A DNA stretch of 34,202 bases. Source: a virus. Taxonomy: Duplodnaviria > Caudoviricetes. Location: IMG/VR virus record IMGVR_UViG_3300020234_000015, positions 1-34,202 of that record; one strand, given 5' to 3'. Below are positions 16,690-24,259 of the stretch, piece after piece. The position numbers and the translations under genes are program-made. Each line of letters opens with the position of its first letter. Positions within the stretch are counted from its first letter, which is position 1. The notes below the pieces were generated by a model. It did no database searches and was not told the origin of the DNA. It was given only the letters and a program-made list of their open reading frames with translations.

Positions 16690-18489
16690 ATGCCATCCAA
16701 GACCCCTGCTCAAGCAAGACTAATGAGAGCTGTCGCACACGGTTGGAAGAAACCTGGAGGCGGAGGTCCGTCACCTGCCGTGGCTCGTGAGTTCGTGAAC
16801 GCTGATCGGAAATACGCTGGTGGCTTTGCGGAGAACCGATACTGGACAGGTGGTCTTGCTGCCATGAATGAAATCAATTCCGGCATTGATGAAACTCTTA
16901 ACTGGGCACACGGTGGTGAGATAGATTTGAATTGGGGTGAGCGATACGACTTGGGTAACGAACCGCTTACGCGGAATCAACTCATTAAGAAAATGGGCGG
17001 AGGAACCAAAGGTTTCTTCAGGCTTTCAAAACTCATTCACCAAGGCGGCTGGGCTTCGGATGCGAGTCAGGGAAAGGTAAATAAGAACACGATATTCTAC
17101 CCACCGCAGCCGACTCTCCTTGGTGCCGGAGCTGGACCTCTGAACGAACGCGAAGAGCCCATGCTTCGCGGGCCAGGTCCTCGACGCGGTGGTCGAGGTG
17201 GCGGACGTCGAGGTGGAGGCGGAGGTCGCGGTGGTGGTGGAGGCCGACCTCCCGGTGGAGGAGGAGGTGGAGGTGGCGGAGGTCCGCCGGGTGTAGAAGG
17301 TACACCTCCAGCAATTATTCCGCCGACCGTTGCACCACCAGATCGACGTGCAGGAAGAGACACTGAATATTCAGCAGCATTGCGGGCGCACAAAGAGCGT
17401 GTCGCAGCATCATTAGCGGTGCCACCGGGTGGCTACGCAGGAGGAGGTCAAGTGAATTACTACCAAGAAGGCGGAGAAGCTTTAGCTCGCCCCGGTCATG
17501 CAGAGGGAGCGAATCCATATCCCGAAGGCTCGGCTCGCTACAATTACTGGGAGAGCAGGAAGCATGTAGATCCCCCTCCTCCTGTTGTAGACGTCCCACC
17601 TGAGCCCGAAGATCTTAGTTGGCTTGACCGATTGCTGGGCAGAGAAGGTGCTCGACAAGGCAAGACCGAAGAGTACCTTGAGTCGCAGGGCGAAGGCATG
17701 GAAGAAGCGTACGGTGGTTACATTGACGCGCCGGGTTACCAGTTCGGTGGACTTGCGCAGGCAGGTGGCTTCCGTGGTCCGCCACGAGGTGGTGTGCCTC
17801 CGAACATGAGAGGCGGGATGAAACCCCGCATGGGTGGCATGCCTCCGCGTATAGATCCGCGTTCGATGCCTCCGATGCGCGGTGGTGGTGGGGGTGGCAT
17901 GCCTTGGCGCGGTGCACCTCCGCCTCGTGCACAGATAGGTGGTCCCGGTGGTATGCCTTCGATGCCGCCGGGTAAAGGACCGAGACGCATGGTCCCACCG
18001 AGCATGCCGCCGGGTGGAGTCGGTACCTTAGGTGGACCCGGCTACGGACCAAACCCATTAGGTAGCGCAGGTCCCGGCGGATCTTTAAGAGGTGGTGACC
18101 CGAGAGCGATGCCTCCGGTTCCCCTCGGTGGACCTGTTAGAGGAATGCCGCCGATGGGTGGTGGTCGGAGTCCCGGACAATACCCGACAGGGATGCCGCC
18201 TCAAGGTGGAGGTGGTGGAATGCTTACCAACGTTCGCAATCAAGCTGAAGCATTTCGTGGTGCGATTCCTGGAGGCGGAGCAGGACCAACAGGTGGTCCT
18301 CAGGTAGCTCCGAACATGCGAGGCATGCTGCAGAAGATGCGAATGCAGAATCGTCCTCCGGCTAACGTCGGTGGAGGTGCGAACCGCGTGGGAATGCAAG
18401 ATCAACAGGGAGGACTAGCACGCGCTCTTCAACGGGGGACAGGTCGTCGTCCAATGTCGAGGCGTGGGGGCTTCCCCGGTCGTCGTTAA
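16690..18489 (+). CDS. Low-complexity Gly/Pro/Arg/Met-rich protein (599 aa) with conserved-looking N-terminal MPSKT.AQ.RLM.AVAH module
   Basis: One continuous ORF starting 1 nt after the previous stop. It has an RGG tract, GMPP repeats and seven xxGG motifs. Confidence 0.75.
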   Translation: MPSKTPAQARLMRAVAHGWKKPGGGGPSPAVAREFVNADRKYAGGFAENRYWTGGLAAMNEINSGIDETLNWAHGGEIDLNWGERYDLGNEPLTRNQLIKKMGGGTKGFFRLSKLIHQGGWASDASQGKVNKNTIFYPPQPTLLGAGAGPLNEREEPMLRGPGPRRGGRGGGRRGGGGGRGGGGGRPPGGGGGGGGGGPPGVEGTPPAIIPPTVAPPDRRAGRDTEYSAALRAHKERVAASLAVPPGGYAGGGQVNYYQEGGEALARPGHAEGANPYPEGSARYNYWESRKHVDPPPPVVDVPPEPEDLSWLDRLLGREGARQGKTEEYLESQGEGMEEAYGGYIDAPGYQFGGLAQAGGFRGPPRGGVPPNMRGGMKPRMGGMPPRIDPRSMPPMRGGGGGGMPWRGAPPPRAQIGGPGGMPSMPPGKGPRRMVPPSMPPGGVGTLGGPGYGPNPLGSAGPGGSLRGGDPRAMPPVPLGGPVRGMPPMGGGRSPGQYPTGMPPQGGGGGMLTNVRNQAEAFRGAIPGGGAGPTGGPQVAPNMRGMLQKMRMQNRPPANVGGGANRVGMQDQQGGLARALQRGTGRRPMSRRGGFPGRR

Positions 18490-18571
18490 GAGAAGCACCG
18501 CAACGTCGAATGCATTTGCCGTCCGGTCCCCACTGGTGAAAAATCCAGTTGTTAGCGCAATGGATGTCCAT
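18362..18571 (-). CDS. Small protein with C-x6-H-x-W...C-x3-C-G Zn-ribbon-like N-terminus
   Basis: ATG 18571 follows SD GGAGGGG, giving MDIHCANNWIFHQWGPDGKCIRRCG. Its 3' part overlaps the 599 aa gene in antisense. Confidence 0.45.
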   Translation of the reverse strand: MDIHCANNWIFHQWGPDGKCIRRCGASLNDDRGSPHASTLDDDLSPVEERVLVLPVDLAFPRGSHLHRR

Positions 18572-19034
18572 CGGAATCCCCCTCCGTTTTGAGAAAAGCA
18601 TTGGGACCGTACACCATCATGCCTGCGTAGAGTCCGCGCAGCTTGTCGCGCACCTCGACTCTATCATCGATGACGATCTCAGGTTCGTACTGACGCACCC
18701 ATTGTAGGACCAGGTCGGGACCTTTGATTTTAGTTTGGTGCGGTAGTCGTTGGATCAATTCGACACGATCAAACAAGTCGTACTTGCGTAGCCATGCCTC
18801 TTCATGTTTGTACTTATTGACGAAGCGTGTGCTGTAGATGATCGGTCGGATGTCTGCGTCGAGCCAGTCATGCACCATGTCCATGATGTGTGTGCGCGGC
18901 TGATCTTCCATGATCGCTTTGTAATAATCTTTCCACGCAGTAACGTCTCGTTTGTTGTCCTGCGTTCGAGATAGAAGGAGATCCAAACGGTCAGTGTGAT
19001 CGCTCAGGACCCCTTCGAGGTCAACCAAAATCAT
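18552..19034 (-). CDS. HAD-superfamily phosphatase (polynucleotide kinase 3'-phosphatase-like domain)
   Basis: Motif I-like ILVDLEGVLSD, motif II YSTR, a Lys, and motif IV VIDDR. No kinase domain is attached. Confidence 0.75.
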   Translation of the reverse strand: MILVDLEGVLSDHTDRLDLLLSRTQDNKRDVTAWKDYYKAIMEDQPRTHIMDMVHDWLDADIRPIIYSTRFVNKYKHEEAWLRKYDLFDRVELIQRLPHQTKIKGPDLVLQWVRQYEPEIVIDDRVEVRDKLRGLYAGMMVYGPNAFLKTEGDSDGHPLR

Positions 19035-19228
19035 TTGCGTTTTTTACGTCTCGCGCCGACCTTTTTCTTCTTGGCCGGATCGAATTCACGCAGCTGCTTG
19101 CGGATCTCACTGATGAACTCGGTGGTCACCTCTCGATCACCTTGATTGGTCAGGCTAACTTCGAGGTGCATCTTGAGCTTACGTCCATCTAATTCAAGAG
19201 TGCCTTTGCGGTGTTGTTTCAGGTACAT
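19031..19228 (-). CDS. Hypothetical protein with polybasic C-terminus
   Basis: SD AGGA and ATGA overlap with the HAD gene. It ends PAKKKKVGARRKKRK. Confidence 0.6.
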   Translation of the reverse strand: MYLKQHRKGTLELDGRKLKMHLEVSLTNQGDREVTTEFISEIRKQLREFDPAKKKKVGARRKKRK

Positions 19229-19237
19229 TTTTTATTC

Positions 19238-19417
19238 CTATTCTGTGCGACGTAGGTAAGCTGCCCTGAAGCGACATGCATCAGAGCAATAATTAGTAAT
19301 CGTGAGACCCTCAAAGCGCTTGCCACACTCCGGGTTCACACACGTTTTCTTGCTACGCTTGCGCATCATTGCCATTTGCGCGCCAACGCTGTCACTGTGG
19401 GCTCTCGCAGTTGCCAT
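19238..19417 (-). CDS. Small zinc-finger protein (59 aa; not in the ORF track)
   Basis: My translation is MATARAHSDSVGAQMAMMRKRSKKTCVNPECGKRFEGLTITNYCSDACRFRAAYLRRTE. It has the C-x4-CGKxF...YCSxxCR pattern (CGNR-like finger) and SD GGAG. Confidence 0.75.
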   Translation of the reverse strand: MATARAHSDSVGAQMAMMRKRSKKTCVNPECGKRFEGLTITNYCSDACRFRAAYLRRTE

Positions 19418-19446
19418 TTCTATCTCCAGAAGTCTAAGGTGACACT

Positions 19447-19476
19447 ATTATATACACAGATCCGCTTGCGTGTACA
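19447..19476 (-). promoter_or_regulatory. Putative sigma70 promoter for the zinc-finger gene
   Basis: On the minus strand, TGTACA-18 nt-TATAAT lies in the intergenic gap. Confidence 0.45.
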
Positions 19477-19480
19477 GGGG

Positions 19481-19723
19481 TTACGTCCCAGATTGCTGGG
19501 CGTCCCTCGCCTGACCAGCGTGGTGGTATATAGCATCCGCCATCTTCTCGGCCTCATCCCACGGTAGGCTGAAAGTTGTGAGCTGCTGCGAGAATATGAC
19601 AATCACCTTGCCGTTCTCCATCCCTACTTGAATCTGTAGAGGTGGTTTAATTTCCTTGCTCACAGCCGCAGCTACTTCACTGGGCTTGGGCTCGACCACG
19701 TATTCTCCTTTCTCTTCGGACAT
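19481..19723 (-). CDS. Hypothetical protein
   Basis: 80 aa, TAATG-coupled to the upstream gene. Confidence 0.65.
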   Translation of the reverse strand: MSEEKGEYVVEPKPSEVAAAVSKEIKPPLQIQVGMENGKVIVIFSQQLTTFSLPWDEAEKMADAIYHHAGQARDAQQSGT

Positions 19724-19989
19724 TATTCGCGCTCCGGATTTAGGTCAGCGAGGGCTCTCTCCAGCAGCTTCGGGATCTCGGAGCGGTGTGGGTCCAGTCC
19801 TTTACTGTACTGCAAACGTGCTTCAGTCCAGGTCCACCCGATAGCTTCTGATCGAACGCCACCGAGCAGTGCCTCTAGCTTATCGAAACACTTGGTGGTT
19901 GAGTAGATCCCTATGGGGTTCGGATCCTCTAACATCGCATTGACGATGTTAGCAACCCGCTCTCTGTCGTAGGTAATTTTGGTGTCCAT
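19723..19989 (-). CDS. Hypothetical protein
   Basis: 88 aa, TGATG-coupled within the operon. Confidence 0.65.
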   Translation of the reverse strand: MDTKITYDRERVANIVNAMLEDPNPIGIYSTTKCFDKLEALLGGVRSEAIGWTWTEARLQYSKGLDPHRSEIPKLLERALADLNPERE

Positions 19990-20408
19990 CAGTCGTAATC
20001 TCTTCCGATAGGACCGCGCGGCAACTCGTCCTCGATGATGGGGAAATCGTACAAAAAATTCTCATCCCCTTCGACGGCAATGCGGACAGCCATGCAGGCT
20101 ACCTGTATTGCTTCACGCAGGACTTCGATTGCGCTCGTGCCTAGTTTACGGTCGTGATGCATCATAGCCTGAGCCAGCTCACCCACCTCCTCCATGAGAG
20201 CAGCAAGTTTGTGAGTATTCTCAGGGAATGCCTTCCGCGCGGCAACCAACTCGTCCCGGATCATGGTGAAGACCAGCCCGTCCGGACTGGTCAGTCGCTC
20301 ATGAGCTTGGTCGTCTGGTGCCACGCACTGGCAGATGGTCACGTCACTGCCGCACTCGGTGCACGTAGCCACGTTGTGAGGACTTGCAAATGTGCAGCTG
20401 CGTGCCAT
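19989..20408 (-). CDS. MazG-like nucleotide pyrophosphohydrolase with Cys-rich N-terminus
   Basis: LMEEVGELAQA...EVLREAIQVA is the all-alpha NTP-PPase motif. The N-terminus contains CTECGSDVTICQC. Confidence 0.7.
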   Translation of the reverse strand: MARSCTFASPHNVATCTECGSDVTICQCVAPDDQAHERLTSPDGLVFTMIRDELVAARKAFPENTHKLAALMEEVGELAQAMMHHDRKLGTSAIEVLREAIQVACMAVRIAVEGDENFLYDFPIIEDELPRGPIGRDYD

Positions 20409-20623
20409 CAGTACATCCTGTGCCCGAGCTGGGCGAGCTTGTCGATGATGTCCTTGGTCTCCGGGTTCGCATCGAGCTGCGTGATCAGTTGGTTGACTGC
20501 TTCGAGACGCAGCTCCAGTTCTTTCCTCTCGTTGAGCAGCTTCTCACTGACAGTCGGTGGACGGTGGTCCATGAGTGCACGACCTGCTGTTGCCTCAACT
20601 GCTTGATTCTCATCTTCAAACAT
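20408..20623 (-). CDS. Hypothetical coiled-coil protein
   Basis: SD GAGGAG, 71 aa, coupled to the MazG-like gene. Confidence 0.65.
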   Translation of the reverse strand: MFEDENQAVEATAGRALMDHRPPTVSEKLLNERKELELRLEAVNQLITQLDANPETKDIIDKLAQLGHRMY

Positions 20624-20634
20624 TTTTATTCTCC

Positions 20635-21099
20635 TCAGTAGTACTCTGCGAAAAGCCGATAGTTACTCGGCGCTCTGAGCGCGCCATCTAATAAGCGCGC
20701 AGCTTGTTTAGGATCGTCCCGGCTCATGGTTTCCCACGCCATTTCGATCAGGTCTTCGTGGCTTGCCCCGTTGAACTTCTCGGCATCCTTGCCGTGTACA
20801 ATGTAAATGACTCCCGGTGTTTCTGCAATGATCCAGACGATGCCACCTTCCTTGACGTTGTTCTTGATCCATCGCAGCTGCGTCTTGTGCAGTCCCTTCT
20901 CCTCGTTCGGGAAGGGCACGCGCATGTTACGGTCGGTCGCCTTGAGTTCAAGGGTGCCACTGTTATTAGTCTTGCCCGTGGTGACTTGGAAGTGAACGTC
21001 AGGAAATCCCGGCGCAGTATCTGGGGATTCGATTCGGGAGTATTGCCCCAGAGGCAGCGCAACATCTCGCAACCACTCCCATAAATTTGACTCGTTCAT
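20635..21099 (-). CDS. PD-(D/E)xK endonuclease (Holliday junction resolvase / VRR-NUC-like)
   Basis: MNESNLW...RIES...PGFPDV...LELK...Q..W...GG pattern, adjacent to the SNF2-like helicase. Confidence 0.8.
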   Translation of the reverse strand: MNESNLWEWLRDVALPLGQYSRIESPDTAPGFPDVHFQVTTGKTNNSGTLELKATDRNMRVPFPNEEKGLHKTQLRWIKNNVKEGGIVWIIAETPGVIYIVHGKDAEKFNGASHEDLIEMAWETMSRDDPKQAARLLDGALRAPSNYRLFAEYY

Positions 21100-21150
21100 A
21101 AAAACCAAAATCCCAGCAAAATATTGGACTACTTTTTCTCCGATTCTACA

Positions 21151-22566
21151 TTAGGCAAACATCGCACGGGTTTTTCGAATTCTTCTCGCACCTTTGCCAG
21201 CTGTTCCTCGACGCTTCGATACTTTCTTTTTGCGGTACCGGTCGAGGACAAGCGTCGCGAAATCTTTTTTGCGTGCAACCGCTTCATAGTATTCATCCTC
21301 AATTGTGTCGCGCGCCATGAGGAAGAAGTACTTCACCCAATCCGTATGTTCCATGCTCAGAATGCGGAACCGCGCCTGTTCGAATGTGATGTGACTGTGA
21401 TCCCAGCTGTAGAACACGTACGTGTTTGCTTCCGACAAATCGAAACCGAGTCCGCTCTTCACCTGCAGGATGACGTAGTCAACATTGAAATTCAGATCCC
21501 ACTCGTGCTGCCCAGAGATGATCTTGTAAGTCCAGTTGAACGCATCGAACTGTTCAGCGATGGCATCGATCTCGTGCGTAAAGCGGCAGCAGATGACTGT
21601 CTTTTCCTGGCCGAAACCCGACAGCAGCTCCATGAGCGTGTCCAGCTTCTCAGTGCCGACAGGTATGATGATGCGCGTGCGCTTCTTCTGGCCGGGAACG
21701 CGCTCCTGATGCAAAAGGAAACCACCGCAAACTTGCTGCAGCTTTTGCGGCAGGTTTACCGGCAGGGGGACGCCAATCGTCAGTTCGTCGATGGTGGTTT
21801 CCATGTCTTTCTTCAGCTCTTCGTAGATGTGTCTCGTCTTACGATTGAGGTCGAAGTACACCTTCTTCCTGCGGACGCGTACGGGGGACTTTCCCATTGA
21901 GACACGCGCTTCGTTGAATGTAATTCGGTAACTGTATCGATGGATGATTTCGAGGATTTCTTCTTCGTGTTGGTAGCCAACGAGCACGGGGTACTCTCGA
22001 CCGTCTTTACGCTGATGAGTTTCGTAGATGACATAGCGCTCCTTAAACGATCCGTAAGTGCCAAACACCTGCTTGTGCAAGATGAAATCAAACACAGCCC
22101 AGTACTGCTCGTAACCTTTGTCGGCTGGCGTACCCGTCAGTGCGAGTCGCCACTGTGCACGCTTGCCCAGCGTTCGTGTGAATCGGGACTGTGCAGTTCC
22201 CGGCTTCTTAATAAAATGAGCTTCGTCCGCAATGACCATCAGCGTGCCGCCATCATCCACCCAGTCCTTTGACCATTTGTACCACTGCTTGCGCAGCTGC
22301 AGATTTTTCACCGGCTCTTGGTACGTGACAAGGTAGATGTCGCAGTCCCAGTCGTTGTCGAGATGTTCCTCGATCTGTTCGTCCCAGGTTTTCGCTGCTT
22401 TCTTTGGGCACACGATAACCAGTACCTCCGGCTTTCGCTCGTCAACGATAGCCAGAGATACCAGACACTTCCCCGTGCGCTGTTCCGGAAAGAGAGCGAA
22501 GCCATCGTGCAATAATGCCGCAGCGACAGCCTCCCTCTGATACGGACGAAGCTCCGTACGGATCAC
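21151..22566 (-). CDS. SNF2-like superfamily 2 helicase
   Basis: Q-motif LRPYQ, Walker A RTGK, DEAH, motif III LTGTP, GLGFDL and QARFRI. Confidence 0.9.
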   Translation of the reverse strand: MIRTELRPYQREAVAAALLHDGFALFPEQRTGKCLVSLAIVDERKPEVLVIVCPKKAAKTWDEQIEEHLDNDWDCDIYLVTYQEPVKNLQLRKQWYKWSKDWVDDGGTLMVIADEAHFIKKPGTAQSRFTRTLGKRAQWRLALTGTPADKGYEQYWAVFDFILHKQVFGTYGSFKERYVIYETHQRKDGREYPVLVGYQHEEEILEIIHRYSYRITFNEARVSMGKSPVRVRRKKVYFDLNRKTRHIYEELKKDMETTIDELTIGVPLPVNLPQKLQQVCGGFLLHQERVPGQKKRTRIIIPVGTEKLDTLMELLSGFGQEKTVICCRFTHEIDAIAEQFDAFNWTYKIISGQHEWDLNFNVDYVILQVKSGLGFDLSEANTYVFYSWDHSHITFEQARFRILSMEHTDWVKYFFLMARDTIEDEYYEAVARKKDFATLVLDRYRKKKVSKRRGTAGKGARRIRKTRAMFA

Positions 22567-23354
22567 TAAGCTTTCGTCAGCTCAGCGAGGGGAATTTCCC
22601 ACTCCCCTTCTTCATCATCGACTACGACTGCCATGTCGTCTTCGATTCCCTCGATCACACCTTGGTACTCTTCGCCGTCTTCGTCTTCGAAGGTAACGCG
22701 AGCGCCAGGACGGAGTGCAGTCGATTTACGGGTTTTTTTCTTGCCTGCTTTTTTCTTTGAGGCTTTCTTTTTGCCTTTCTTTTTGGCAGCGGGAGCTGGA
22801 GCCTCTTCTTCTTCCTCTTCTCCTTCATCTTCTTCTTCCTCTTCTGGCTCTTCCTCCTCTTCTTCGCCCTCATCTTGCTCAGGGATTTCACCACCCTGCT
22901 CTTCGACGTACTGCTGTGCTACTTCCTCGGTCAGGTAACCGGTTACACGAGGCTGATCTTTCTCTTCGTACTCCTCGTTCACGATCTCCAGACCACACAT
23001 GTTCCCGACCAAATCATCGGGATCAAAGTCGAAGGGACCATCAGGGGTGTCGTATCCCATGCAGTTGAGCGCAGTGCGCAAAACCCACAACGACTGTGGT
23101 ACTAACACGAACCGGTCGAACACTGTCGAGCCGATGTGTGTCTTCCAACGAACGGTGACCATGTCATTACCAGCTTGGCTCGCTTCCAGTTCAGCGCTCA
23201 TGATTTCAGCGACGTAGTAACCGTCCGGTGTGGGCATTCCACCTCCGGCCTCTACATCAGTGAAGTCAACTGTTATGACGTTGGTCTTGCCCCGTCTCCC
23301 ACGCGTAGCTTTTTTCTTGCCACGCCTTTTACTTGGTGCCTTTCGTGTTGCCAT
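22566..23354 (-). CDS. DUF669-like single-stranded DNA-binding protein with acidic/basic linker and C-terminal SH3/Tudor-like domain
   Basis: PDGYY.AEI...E...SQAGNDM...DLVG..C...I..EEY OB-fold pattern next to the AAA_24 gene. It has poly-Glu then poly-Lys tracts. Confidence 0.7.
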   Translation of the reverse strand: MATRKAPSKRRGKKKATRGRRGKTNVITVDFTDVEAGGGMPTPDGYYVAEIMSAELEASQAGNDMVTVRWKTHIGSTVFDRFVLVPQSLWVLRTALNCMGYDTPDGPFDFDPDDLVGNMCGLEIVNEEYEEKDQPRVTGYLTEEVAQQYVEEQGGEIPEQDEGEEEEEEPEEEEEDEGEEEEEEAPAPAAKKKGKKKASKKKAGKKKTRKSTALRPGARVTFEDEDGEEYQGVIEGIEDDMAVVVDDEEGEWEIPLAELTKA

Positions 23355-23356
23355 TC

Positions 23357-24259
23357 TCAGGATCTCCTAATTTTCTTACGTTTTGGTTTTTGTTTGCCGG
23401 TGACCAGATCCTTGATTTTTTTGAACGTCGGATTGACGATCAGCTCAGGGATCGGACCTGCGGACACTGGTCTGCGGATCTTTGTCGAGTAGAATGCGTG
23501 AGGACCGATCCGCATACAGTAGTCCACATGCCGCACTTCTTCTTTGTCTTCAGTCTCCCAGCGTTCTTTGATGAACGTGGATCCAATCGAATCAACTGCA
23601 CCGTCGAGGAAGGCACTAACGGAGGGCATGACGCGTGCCCCGATGCTGGGCTCGATGGCTTCGTCCTCATCGTCGCCGCCTTCATTCACACGCTCATGCG
23701 CAATGAGTAGCAGGTTGTAATCATCGGACAGATCGCGGAAGTCGCTGATCCACTGCTTCAGCATTCCGGAGAGTTGCCCCCAGTTGCGTTGCGTGAACGT
23801 CTCGTCTCTGCCCTTACGACCTTTACGCAGCACCTCAGCCATGCCGATGTCCTGCAGATTGCTCACCTGATCGATCACGATGGACGCGTACTCAGTCGGC
23901 AGCGTTTTGTCGAGGAGTGCCCAGTACAGCTCGTCCATCTCTGCCCACTCAGTGACGCGCACGACATCGATGTCTTCTTCCAGCGCAATGGTCTCGGTGC
24001 CTCGCTCGTTGGTATCGATGAACAGGATGGGCTTCGGGAACGTCGAACCGAAATGAGTTTTGCCTGTGCCGGAGCGACCGTACACCATCATGACCAGGTT
24101 GGTTTTGAGTTCCGTGACCGGTTTGATCTTGTCGAGGATCGATGTAGTTTTCTTGGCGACTTTTTTCACCACCTTGCGTCCTAAGACTTTTTTCGGTGTG
24201 ACCTTTTTCGGATGGGTGAGCTTCAATTTCGGTTTGCTGCGCATAGGTCTAGCTGGCAT
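23357..24259 (-). CDS. AAA_24 / Sak4-like ATPase (recombination)
   Basis: VYGRSGTGKT Walker A, IDTNERG, SIVID Walker B and LIAHE. ATG 24259 has SD GAGGGAG. Confidence 0.85.
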   Translation of the reverse strand: MPARPMRSKPKLKLTHPKKVTPKKVLGRKVVKKVAKKTTSILDKIKPVTELKTNLVMMVYGRSGTGKTHFGSTFPKPILFIDTNERGTETIALEEDIDVVRVTEWAEMDELYWALLDKTLPTEYASIVIDQVSNLQDIGMAEVLRKGRKGRDETFTQRNWGQLSGMLKQWISDFRDLSDDYNLLLIAHERVNEGGDDEDEAIEPSIGARVMPSVSAFLDGAVDSIGSTFIKERWETEDKEEVRHVDYCMRIGPHAFYSTKIRRPVSAGPIPELIVNPTFKKIKDLVTGKQKPKRKKIRRS

